In this document: positions 13,455 through 25,249 of the stretch, one piece after another | Layout: the number at the start of each line of letters is the position of its first letter | Position numbering within the stretch: position 1 is the stretch's first letter | Assembly (NCBI RefSeq): GCF_048418815.1 | Contig: NC_133154.1 | Coordinates: 324,043-388,042, forward strand | Direction of reading: 5' to 3' | From: Hemitrygon akajei | Taxonomy: Eukaryota | DNA length: 64,000 bases | The notes under the pieces: model-generated | What the model was told of the DNA's origin: nothing | Database searches by the model: none | What the model saw: only the letters and a program-made list of their open reading frames with translations | Program-made: the position numbers and the translations under genes

Positions 13455-14340
13455 CCTAGAACATAAGAACATAAGAAATATGAGCAGGAGTCGGTCATCT
13501 GACCTGTCGAGCCTGCTCTCCCATTCAATAAGATTGTGGCTGATCTGGCCATGGACTCATCCTGCCTTTTCCCCATAACCCTTAACTCCCCTACTATGCA
13601 AAAATCTATCAAACCTTGTCTTAAATATATTTACTGAGGTAGCCTCCACTGCTTCATTGGGCAAAGAATTCCATGGATTCACCACTCTGAGAAAAGCAGT
13701 TCCTCCTCATCACCGTCCTAAATCTACTTCCCTTAATCTCGAGGCTATGTCCCCTAGTTCTAGTCTCACCTATCAGTGGAAACAACTTTCTTGCATCTAT
13801 CTTATCTATCCCTTTCAGAATTTTATATGGTTCTATAAGATCTACTCTCATTCTTCAGAGTCCCTATGAGCAATAGGGATATTGCTGCCCATTCTCCTAA
13901 TCTGTCTAAATCCTTCTGTAGCCCCTCTACTTCCTCAAAACTACCTGCCTCTTCACCTATCTTCATATCATCTGCAATCCTTGCAAAAAAGTCCATCAAT
14001 TCCATCATCCAAGTCATTGACCTATAATGTAAAAAGAATTGATCTCAACACAGACCCCTTTGGAACACAACTAGTCACTGGTAGCCAACAACTCTGTCCC
14101 CTTCCAATCAGCCACTGCTTTATCCATGCTAGAATCTTTCCTCTAATTCCATGGGCTCGTAACTTACTAAGCAGCCTCATGTGTGGGACCTTGTCAAAGG
14201 CCTTCTGAAAATCCGAGTAAATAACATCAACCGATTCTCCTTTATCTATCCTACTTGTACTTCTTCAAAGAATTCCACCAGATTTGTCAGGCAAGATTTT
14301 CCCTTGAGAAGACCATACTGACTACAGCCTATTTTATCAT
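13455..14340 (-). mobile_element. CR1-like LINE 3' fragment
   Basis: Minus-strand ORF MRVDLIEPYKILKGIDKIDARKLFPLIGETRTRGHSLEIKGSRFR plus upstream RT C-terminal residues. Confidence 0.8.
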
Positions 14341-14344
14341 GTGC

Positions 14345-17300
14345 CTCCTAGTACCCTGACACCTAGAACCATATAACATTACAGCACAGAAACAGGCCTT
14401 TTGGCCCTTTTTTGGCTGTGCCGAACCATTTTTCTGCCTAGTCCCATTGACCTGCACCTGGACCATATCCCTCCGTACACCTCTCATCCATGTACCTGTC
14501 CAAGTTTTTCTTAAATGTTAAAAGTGAGCCCGCATTTACCACTTCATCTGGCAGCTCATTCCACATTCTCACCACTCTCTGTGTGAAGAAGCCCCCCTAA
14601 TGTTCCCTTTAAGCTTTTCCCCCTTCACCCTTAACCCATGTCCTCTGTTTCCTAGCCTCAGTGGAAAAAGCTTGCTTGCATTCACTCTATCTATACCCAT
14701 CATAATTTTATATACCTCTATCAAATCTCCTCTCATTCTTCTACGCTCCAGGGAATGAAGTTCTAATCTATTCAACCTTTCTCTGTAACTCAGTTTCTCA
14801 AGTCCTGGCAAATTCCTTGTAAACCTTCTCTGCACTCTTTCAACCTTATTAATATCCTTCCTGTAATTCAATGACCAAAACTGCACACAATACTCCAAAT
14901 TCGGCCTCACCAATGCCTTATACAACCTCACTATAATGTTCCAACTCTTATACTCAATACTTCAATTTATAAAGGCCAATGTACCAAAAGCTCTCTTTAC
15001 TACCCTATCTCCCTGTCTTGCCACTTTTAGGGAATTTTGTATCTGTATTCCCAGATCCCTCTGTTCTACTGCACTCCTCAGTGCCCTACCATTTACTTTG
15101 TATGGTCTACCTTGGTTTTTCCTTCCAAAGTGCAATACCTCACACTTGTCTGTATTAAACTCCAGCTACCATTTTTCAGCCCATTTTTCCAGCTGGTCCA
15201 AATCCCTCTGCAAGCTTTGAAAACCTTCCTCACTGTCCACTACACCTCCGATCTTTGTATCATCAGCAAATTTGCTGATCTAATTTACCACATTGTCATC
15301 CAGATCACTGATATAGATGACAAATAACAATGGACCCAGCACTGATCCCTGTGGCATACCACTAGTCATAGGCCTCCACTCAGAGAAGTAATCCTCCACT
15401 ACCACTCTCTGACTTCTCTCATTGAGCCAATGTCTAATCCAATTTACTACCTCACCATGTATACCCAGCAACTGAATCTTCCTAACTAACCTCCCATGCA
15501 GGACTTTGTCAAAGGCCTTACTGAAGTCCACGTAGACAACATCCTCTGCCTTCCCTTCATCCACTTTCCTTGTAACCTCCTCAAAAAACTCTAATAGATT
15601 TATAAAACATGACCTACCATACACCAAGTCATGTTGACTCTCCCTAATAAGTCCCCGTCTATCTAAATACTTGTAGATCCTATCTCTTAGTACTCCTTCC
15701 AATAATTTACCTACTACCAACGTCAAACTTACCAGCCTATAATTTCCTGGATTACTTTTAGAGCCTTTTTTAAACAATGGAATAACACGAGCTATCCTCC
15801 AATCCTCGGGCACCTCATCTGTAGATACCGACATTTTAAATATATCTGCCAAGCCCCTGCAATATCAACACTAGTCTCCTTCAAGGTCTGAGGGAATACC
15901 CTGCCAGGTCCTGGGGATTTATCTACTCTGATCTGCCTCAAGATAGCAAGCACCTCCTCCTCTTCAATCTGTATAGGTTCCGTGACCTCACTGCTTGTTT
16001 GCCTTATTTCCATTGACTCCATGCCAGTTTCTTAGTAAATACAGATGCAAAATAACCATTTAAGATCTCCCCCATTTCTTTTGGTTCCATACATAGCCAA
16101 CCACTCTGATCTTCAAGAGGACCAATTTTATCCCTTACTATCTTTTTGCTTTTAATAAACCTGTAGAAGCTCTTTGGATTATCCTTCACCTTGACTGCCA
16201 AAGCTACCTCATGTCTTCTTTTAGCCCTTCTGATTTCTTTCTTAAGTATGTTTTTGCACTTTTCATATTCTTCAAGTACCTTATTTGCTCCCTGTTTCCT
16301 ATACATGTCATACATCTCTCTCTTCTTTTTTATCAGAGTTCCAATATCCCTAGAGAACTAAGGTTCCTTATTCTTATTCACTTTGCCTTTAATCCTGACA
16401 GGAACATACAAACTCTGCACTCTCAAAATTTCTCCTTTGAAGGCCTTCCACTTACCAATCACATCCTTGCCAGAGAACAACCTGTCCCAATCCACGCTTT
16501 TTAGATTCTTTCTCATTTCTTCAAATTTGACCTTTTTCCAGTTTAGAACCTCATCCCGAGGACCAGATCTATCTTTATCCATGATCAAGTTGAAACTAAT
16601 GGTGTTATGATCACTGGAACCAAAGTGTTCCCCTACACACACTTCCATCACTGTCCTTACTCGTTTCCTAATAGGAGATCTAATATTGCATCCTCTCTAG
16701 TCGGTACCTCTATATATTGATTTAGAAAAATTTTCTGAACACATTTTACAAACTCTAACCCGTCTAGACCTTTAACAGTATGGGAGTCCCAATCAATATG
16801 TGGAAAATTAAAAACCCCTACTATCACAATTTATGTTTCCTGCAGTTGTCTGCTATCTCTCTGCAGAATTGCTCCTCCAATTCTTGCTCACTATTGGGTG
16901 GTCTATAATACAACCCCATTAACGTGCTCATACCTTTCCTGTTTCTCAGCTCTATCCATAAGGCCTTGGTAGACAAGCCCTTTAATCTGTCCCACCTGTG
17001 CACTGCTGTAACGTTTTCCCTAACTAGCAATGCCACCTCCCCACCCTCTGCCTCTATCACATCTGAAACATCAGAACCCTGGAACATTTGTACAGGTCCC
17101 ACCTGCCCCAGAAGAGGTCCCAATTATCCAGAGGTCTGAATCCTGCCCCCTGCTCCAATTCTTCAGCCATGTGTTCATCCTCCAGAGCATCCTATTCTTA
17201 CCCTCACTGGCATGTGGCACAGGTAACAATCCTGAGATTACCACCCTCGAGGTTGTTGCTTTTTAACTTCCTTAATAATCAACTCCAACATCTTCCCAAC

Positions 17301-17690
17301 CACTGAGTTCAGACTAACTGGCCTATAATTTCCCTTCTTCTGCCTCTCTCCCTTCTTGAAGAGTGGATTGACATTTGCAATATTCCAGTCTTCCAGAACC
17401 ATTCCAGAATCTAGTTATTCTTGAAAGATCATTACTAATGCTTCCACAATCTCTTCAGCCACCTCTTTCAGAACCCTGGGGTGTAGTCCATATGGTCCAG
17501 GTCACTTATCTACCTTCAGACTTTTCAGTTTGCCAAGAACCCTCTCTTTAGTTATGGTAACTTCACACACTTTATGACCCCTGACACCTGGAACTTCTAC
17601 CATACTGCTAGTGTCTTCCACAATGAAGACTGATGCAAAATACTTATTCAGTCATCCGCCATTTGGCTCACTTACTTTCTGAGGTTGTTC
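14345..17690 (-). mobile_element. CR1-like LINE, almost full length (ORF1 remnant, APE endonuclease, RT, tail) with frameshifts
   Basis: Minus-strand ORFs include the tail RMRGDLIEVYKIMMGIDRV, the RT segment [29 protein letters not shown]...[51 protein letters not shown]...[10 protein letters not shown], and the endonuclease segments GSSDHNTISFNLIMDKD and MGLYYRPPNSEQELE. Confidence 0.85.
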
Positions 17691-17694
17691 AGTC

Positions 17695-19895
17695 CGAAGT
17701 CCGTGGTCCGGTCCTCAGACTCCAGACTCCGGGTTTTCTGGTTGTCCCTTGCTGTGGTTGGACTTAACCAGAAACACCTGAGGCTTATTATATTGGAACT
17801 GGGAATATAAGTGGCCCTGGCATTGAGTGTGGTGGGGGGTTGTTTTGTCAAGAGACTCATGGCTGGTGGAAGGCCAGAATGGGCTATTGCCATCCTTGGG
17901 ACTGTGTTGGAGAACCATGGCTTCTGGGAGCCTTGCTGGCAGTAGTTGGAGCTGTCATTGTGGTATGGATTCAGCTGTTTCCTGGGCCAGCTGGGTGGCT
18001 GTCAGCCACTCTGAGCTAGGTGAGGATCTGGTTGTTTCTGTAGCCAGCCAAAGCTGCTGGCTGTAATAGCTACTTGGAGCTACCCTGATGCAGAGGTGGA
18101 ACTGTCTGTTGTTCTTTGGTGTTTGTCTCTTCCTGTCCTTGCCTCTGTGGGGTAAGTCAGGCTGTTTGGCTGTTGCCCTGTGGGGGGAATCTGTCTTGTT
18201 TTTGCCTCTGTTGGGTAGGTCAGGCTGTTCTGCTGTTACCTGATGGATTGTCCTGCCCCACCTTGGTGTGGAGTTATAGATGAGTCCTGGCTTGTTGAAG
18301 GATAAGTCCTGGCTCTATGTCTGTGTACTGTCCTGTCTCATGTCAGTGTCCTGTCAAAGATGAGTCCTGGCTTGTTGGAGGATAAGTCCTGGCTCCATGT
18401 TGATATAAAGTTCCTAGTCTGCCCCTAGCTCCAGCTGAGTTCCCCAAGCTCCAGGACTACAGCCTCCAGCCAAGCCTCAAGACCCCAAGTCCCTAGCCAA
18501 GTCTTGTCATATCCTTGCCTGGGTTTGGTGGTCTGAGCCTGAGGCAAGACCCAGGTTCTGGGTCCTTGTCCAGTCTCGGGCTTGGAGTCCATGCCAGGTT
18601 CCTTGTTCCCAGTCCCTTGTCCTGGTCCTGCTTCCCTTGCCTCAACTGCATCTTGTCCTTGGGTTCTGTCTAGTCCTGTTTCTGGGACTCCAATGTCTGT
18701 GTCCTGCAGTTGGGTCCTGATTCAACACCTGACTTATGACAGAATGACCCCCCCCCCCACCCAATTCAGGGACCCAGCAACACAGACACTGGTGTCTAAC
18801 TCTTGTCACCCTGGGGTCCCCCTTCTGATTGAACATCCACCTGCCCGAGTTGCCCATATTCCTGGAGAGCCGCTATAGTTGCCTGGAGGCTCCCATGGGG
18901 TGGGGTGGGTACTGTGGTGGTTCAGTCTGAAGTCTCTGGACTCTGGGTTTTCTGGCTGTCCCTTGCTGTGGTTGGACTTAACCAGAAACACCTGAGGCTC
19001 ATATTGGAACTGGGAATATAAGTGGCCCTGGCATTGAGTGTGGTTGAGGGGTCATCTTGTCAAGAGACTCATGGCACAGATGGCTGGTGGAAGGCTAGAA
19101 TGGGCTATTGCCATCCTTGGGACTGCGTTGGAGAACCATGGCTTCTGGGAGCCTTGCTGGCAGTAGTTGGAGCGGTCATTGCAGTAGGGATTCAGCTGTT
19201 TCCAGGGTCAGCTGGGTGGCTGTCAGCCACTCCGAGCTAGGTGGGGATCTGGTTGTTTCTGTAGCCAGCCAAGGCCGCCGGACGTAACGGCTACTTGGAG
19301 CTACCCTGATGCAGAGGTGGAACTGTCAGTCATTATTTGGTGTTTGTCTCTTCCTGTCCTTGCTTCTGTTGGGTAGGTCAAGCTGTCCTGCCGTTACCCG
19401 ATGGATGGTCCTGCCCCACCTTGGTGTGGAGTTATAGATGAGTCCCGGCTTGTCGGTGGATAAGTCCCAGCTCTATGTTTGTGTACTGTCACATTTCATG
19501 TCAGTGTCCTGTTAAAGAAGAGTCCCGGCTCCATGCTGATGTAAAGTTCCTAGTCTGCCCTTAGCTCTAGCCTCCGAGTTCCCCAAGATCCAGGACCCAA
19601 GACACCAAGCCTCGACCCAAGCCTCAAGACCCCAAGTCCCTACCCAAGCCTCGTCACATCCTCACCTGGGTTTGGGGGTCTGAGCCCGAGGCAAGACCCA
19701 GGTTCTGGGTCCTTGTCCAGTCTCAGGCTCAGAGTCCACCCCGGGCTCCTTGTTCTCAGTCCCTCGTCCTGGTCCTGCTTCCCTTGCCTCGACTGCATCC
19801 CGTTCCGTCCTTGGGTTCTGTCTAGTCCTGTTTCCGGGACTCCAATGTCTGTCCTGCAGTTGGGTCCTGATTCAACACCTGACTTAATGACACTT
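17695..19895. repeat. Tandem duplication: two copies of about 1.07 kb each (about 17698-18770 and 18925-19895), roughly 90% identical
   Basis: Long collinear identity, for example ...ctgggttttctgg(t/c)tgtcccttgctgtggttggacttaaccagaaacacctgaggct... Many of the differences are CpG in one copy against TpG or CpA in the other. Confidence 0.85.
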
Positions 19896-20339
19896 TTATA
19901 TTCCATCTTTAACTTCTTAATGACCTTTTTGTTGTTTTCTGTTGTTTTTTTTTTTTTTTTAGAAGCTTTCCAATCCTCTAACTTCCCACTAATTTTTGCT
20001 CTATTTTATGCCCTCTCTTTGGTTTTTATATTGGCTCAGATTTCTCTTGTCGCCACAGCTGTGTCATCTTTCCTGTGAAATTTCTAGAAGCAATTTAATA
20101 GGCACAGGATATATACATCCCAAAGAGGAAGAAGTATTTTAGTCATTGCTGTTCTGCTGTCATCCCTGCCAGTGTTCTTTTCCAATCAATTCTGGCCAAC
20201 TCCCCTCTCATGCCTCTGTAATTCCCTTTACTCCACTGTAATTTTGATACATCTGACTTTAGCTTCTCCTTCTTTAGCCAGGGTGAATTTAATCATATTA
20301 TGGTCACTTGCCCCTGAGAGTTTTTTTTTTTTTACTTTA

Positions 20340-23190
20340 AGCTCTCTGGAGCTATGATGTTGTGACCATTACAACGACTTGGATGGCTCGGGGCAGGAAT
20401 GCTTACTTCAAGTGCCAGGCTTTAGATGTTTCAGAAAGGACAGGCAGGGAGGCAAAATAGGTGGGGGCATGGTACTACTGATCAGAGATAGTGTCACGGC
20501 TGCAAAACAGGAGGAGGACATGGAGGGATTGTCTACGGAGTCTCTGTGGGTGGAAGTTAAGAACAGGAAGGGGGTCAACAATTCTACTGCGTGTTTTTTT
20601 TTAAAATATATAGGCCACCTAATAGTGACATCAAGGAGCAGATAGGGAGACACATTCTAGAGAGGTGTGATAATAACAGGGTTGTCATGGTGGGAGATTT
20701 TAATTTCCGAGATATCGATTGATATGTCCCTAGAGTGAGAGGTTTAGATGGGATGGATTTGTTAAGTGTGTTCAAGGTGGTTTCTTGACACAATATGTAG
20801 ATAAATTGTTGGCACATGGCCAAGTGGTTAAGGCATTGGTCTAGTGATCTGAAGGTTGCTAGGTCGAGCCTCAGCTAAGGCAGCATGTTGTGTCCTTGAG
20901 CAAGGCACTTAACCACACATTGCTCTGCGACGACACTGGTGCCAAGCTGTATTGGCCCTTGCCCTCCCCTTGGACAACATCAGAGAGAGAGATCAGCCTA
21001 CAAGAGGAGAGGCTGTACTAGATCTGGTATTGGGAAATGAACCTGGTCAGATGTCATATCTCTCAGTGGGAGAGAATTAATTGGAGTAAGGGGAAATATG
21101 AGGCTATCAGGCAGGAACTTGGAAGCATAAATTGGGAACAGATGTTCTCCGGGAAATGTACAAAAGAAATGTGGCAAATGTTCAGGGTACATTTGCATGG
21201 AGTTCTGCATAGTTACGTTCCAAAGAGTCAGGGAAAGGATGGTGGCAAAAACTAGATAATGATAGAGATCTAAAAGATTACAAGGCTAGCAGGAAGGAGC
21301 TTAAGAAAGAAATTAGGAGAGCCAGAAGGGGCCATGAGAAGGCCTTGGTGGACAGGATTAAGGAAAACCCCAAGGCATTCTACAAGTATGTGAAGACAAA
21401 GAGGAGAAGACACAAGAGAATGGGACCAATAAAGTCTGACAATGGAAAAGTGTGTATGGAACCGCAGGACATTGTATAGGTACAGTACTTATTGAGTACT
21501 TTCCTTCAGTATTCACTATGGAAAAGGATCTTGGCAATTGTAGGGATGACTTACAGCAGACTGGAAAAACTTGAGCATGTAGATATTAAGGAAGAGGATG
21601 TGCTGGAGCTTTTGGAAAGCATCAAGTTGGATAAGTCACCGGGACCGGACAAAATGTACCCCAGGCTACTGTGGGAGGTGAGCTGAGTTTCTGGTGATGA
21701 TCTTTGAATCATCAATGGGGACAGAAGAGGTTCTGGAGGATTGGAGGGTTGCAGATGTTGTTCCCTTATTCAAGAAAGGGAGTAGAGATAGCCCAGGAAA
21801 TTATAGACTAGTGAGTCATACTTCAGTGGTTGGTAAGTTGATGGAGAAGATTCTGAGAGGCAGGATTTATGAACCTTTGGAGAGGCATAATATGATTAGG
21901 AATAGTCAGCATGGCTTTGTCAAAGGCAGGTCATGCTTTACAGCCTGATTAAATTTTTTTGAGGATGTGACTAGACACACTGATGAAGGTAGAGCGTAGA
22001 TGTAGTGTATATGGATTTCAGTAAGGCATTTGACAAGGTTCCCCATGCAAGGCTTATTGAGAAAGTAAGGAGGTATGTGATCCAAGGAGACATTGCTTTG
22101 TGGATCCAGAACTGGCATGCCCACGGAAGGCAAAGAGTGGTTGTAGACAGATCATATTCTGCATGGAGGTCAGTGACCAGTGGTGCGCCTCAGGGATCTG
22201 TTCTGGGACCCCTGCTCTTTGTAATTTTTATAAATGACCTGGATGAAGAAGTGGAGGGATGGGTTAGTAAATTTGCTGGTGACACAAAGGTTGGGGGTGT
22301 TGTGGATAGTGTGGAGGGCTGTCAGAGGTTACAGTGGGACATTGATAGGATGCAAAACTGGGCTGAGAAGTGACAAATGGAGTTCAACCCAGATAAGTGT
22401 GAGGTGGTTCATTTTGGTAGGTTATATATGATGGCAGAATATCGTTTTAATGGTAAGACTCTTGGCAGTGTGGAGGAGCAGAGGGATCTTGGGGTTGGGG
22501 TCCGAGTCCATAGGACACTCAAAGTTGCTGCACAGATTGACTCTGTGGTTAAGAAAGCATATGGTGCATTGGCCTTCATCAACAGTGAGATTGAGTTTAG
22601 GAGCCAAGAGGTAATGTTGCAGCTATATAGGACCCTGGTCAAACCCCACTTGAAGTACTGTGCTCAGTTCTGGTCGCTTCACTATAGTAAGGATGTGGAA
22701 ACCATAGAAAGGGTGCAGAGGAGCTTTACAAGGATGTGGCCTGGATTGGGGAGCATGCCTTATGAGAATAGGTTAAGTGAACTCGGCCTTTTATCCTTGG
22801 GGCAACGGGGGATGAGAGGTGACCCGATAGAAGTGTACAAGATGATGAGAGGCATTGATCATGTGTATAGTCAGGGTTTTTCCCAGGGCTGGAATTACTA
22901 GCATGAGAGGGCATAGTTTTAAAGTGCTTGGAAGTGGGTACAGAGGAGATGTCGGGTAAGTTTTTTTTTTAATGCATAGAGTGATGAGTGCATGGAATGG
23001 GTTGACTGTGATGGTGGTGGAGGTGAATACAATAGTCTTTTAAGAGACTCCTGGACAGGTACATGGAGCTCAGAAAAATGGAGGGCTATGGGTAACCCTA
23101 GGTAATTTCCAAAGTAAGGTCATGTTCGGCACAGCTTTGTGGGCCAAAGTGCCTGTATTATGCTGTAGGTTTTGTTTGTTTCTAATCAAA
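20340..23190 (+). mobile_element. CR1-like LINE, near-complete ORF2 (EN, RT, tail and 3'UTR), interrupted by a SINE insertion
   Basis: Endonuclease LLQVPGFRCFRKDRQGGKIGGGMVLLIRDSVTAA. RT segments [71 protein letters not shown] and FVIFINDLDE. Tail MRGDPIEVYKMMRGIDHV. Confidence 0.85.
20812..20995 (+). mobile_element. tRNA-derived SINE inserted into the LINE endonuclease region
   Basis: tRNA-like head with an A-box (gccaagtggttaagg) and a B-box (ggtcgagcc), followed by ...gagcaaggcacttaaccac... It interrupts LINE ORF2 between the endonuclease blocks. Confidence 0.55.
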
Positions 23191-24270
23191 TCCAGTTCAC
23201 TACACAATACCCAATCCAGAATAGCTGATTTCCTTGTTTGCTCAACCACGAGCTGCTTCAAAAGCCATCTCATAAGCATTGTAGAATACACTGGGAATCC
23301 AGCACCAAACTGATTTTCCCAGTTTACCTGAATATTGAAACACCCCCACGACTATTGTAATATTGCCCTTTTGTATCTCCCATTGTAATTTGTGGACCAC
23401 ATTCTTACTACTGTTTTGGGGTCTGTATACCACTCCCATCAGGGACTTTTTACCCTTGCAGTTCCTTAGCCTATACACAATGATTCAACACCTTCTGACC
23501 CACACCTCTTTCTAATGAATTGATTTCATATTTTTACCAACAAAGCAATGCTGCCCCCTGACTTTCTGCCTGTCCTTTCGATACAATGTGTATCCTTGGA
23601 AATTAGAGTTCCCAGTTATAATCTTTTTCCCATGATTCAGTAATGCCTACAACTTCATACCTGCCAATCTGCAACTGTTCATCCATATAATGCACTCATT
23701 CAAATATAACGCCTTCAGTCCTGTATTCACCATTTTTGATTTTGTCCACCTCTAATGTTGCAACTGATCTGTTGACTGCAATTTTGCCCTATCAACGGCC
23801 TCTCCTCACTACACATTGCCTCTGTTTGTAAACCAGCTACCTAATTTTCAGCGCTATTATCCACCTTTTCCTACGATAATACTTGCATTGAGATTTATGC
23901 AACTCAGGACGCTGGTCACACCATGATCAACATTTTGATTCCTAACTTTGTCTGAGGTCTTTCCAATATCTCCCTCCACAACCTCTCCACTAACTGTTCT
24001 GGCATTCTTGTTCCCATCTCCTGCAATTCTAGTTTAAACCCCACTGTGCAGCGTTGGCAAACCTTCCTGCTAGGATATTAGTCCCCCTCCAGTTCAGATG
24101 CAAACCTTCCCTTCTGTCTTCTGTACAGATCCCACCTTCCCAGGAGGAGAGCCCAAAAATAATGCCCTTCCTCCTACACCAACTCTTAGCCTTGTATTAA
24201 CCATTATAATCATCCTAGTTCTGGCTTCACTAGCACATGGCATAGGTAGTAATCCAGACTCCATCCAAGA
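23190..24270 (-). mobile_element. CR1-like LINE 5' portion (endonuclease N-terminus plus ORF1 and 5'UTR), truncated where it meets the plus-strand copy
   Basis: Minus-strand ORF LMGVVYRPQNSSKNVVHKLQWEIQKGNITIVVG. The sequence upstream of it is shared with 17040-17230 and 49100-49300. Confidence 0.6.
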
Positions 24271-24279
24271 TAGAATATA

Positions 24280-25000
24280 GAAAATGGAAAATCTACAGCA
24301 CATTATTGGTCCTTCGGCCCACAATGTTGTACTGACCATGTAACCTACACTGGAAGCTGCCTAGAATTTCCCTACTGCACAGCCTTCTAATTTTCTAAGC
24401 TCCATGTACCTGTCTAAGAGTCTCTTAAAAGACCCTATTATATCCGCCTCCACCACTGTTGCTGGCAGTGTATTCCACGCACCCATCACACTCTGTGTGA
24501 AAAACGTACCTCTGTCCCCCTTGTATCTACTTCCAAGCACCTTAAAACTACGGCCCCTCGTGTTAGACATTTCAGCCCTGGTTAAAAGCCTCTGGCTATC
24601 TGCACAATTAACGCTTCTCATCATCTATACACCTCTATTAGATCACCTCTCATCCTCTGTCACTCCAAGGAGAAAAGGCCAAATTGACTTAACCTATTCT
24701 CATAGGGCATGCTCTCCAATCCAGGCAACATCCTTGTAAATCTCCTCTGCACACTCTCTATAGCATTCACATCTTTCCTGTAATGAGGTGTCCAGAACTG
24801 AGCACAATACTCCAGTGGGGTCTGACCAAGATCTTGTATAACTGTAACATTACGTCACGGCTCTTGAACTCAATCCCATGGTTGATGAAGATCAACACAC
24901 CAGTCTTCTTAACAACATTGTCAACCTGGACTCTGGAACTCAGGAGACAACATACCAATAGAGAATCTTATTCTCGCCCACAAAACCTCATGTCCATTCC
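24280..25000 (-). mobile_element. CR1-like LINE 3' fragment
   Basis: Minus-strand ORFs ...RGRSFKVLGSRYKGD...AWNTLPATVVEADIIGSFKRLLDRYMELRK and VVKKTGVLIFINHGIEFKSRDVMLQLYKILVRPH. Confidence 0.75.
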
Positions 25001-25249
25001 CCTAGCTAACAGCAGGTATATGGGGTTAAGTGGGATCTGAGATTAACCATGATGGAATGGTGGAGCAGTCTCAATGGCCTAATTCTGCTTCTATGTTCTA
25101 TGGACCCCCCCCCCCCCCATTATCACAGCATGCCTCTTCCTCCTCTTCCCTTCTGAATCACAGAGCCATACTCAGCCAGAAACCTGACCACTGTGACTTC
25201 CCTCTGTTAGGTCATCACACCTGACAGTATCAAAAGTGATAGAAAGGGT

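Noticed and set aside
17695-19895. The 1.07-kb duplicated unit as LINE 5'UTR promoter monomers
   Set aside because: Other near-full-length copies of the same LINE family (for example 45600-49430 and 55675-58400) have no similar sequence at their 5' ends. Kept as a tandem duplication of unknown origin instead.
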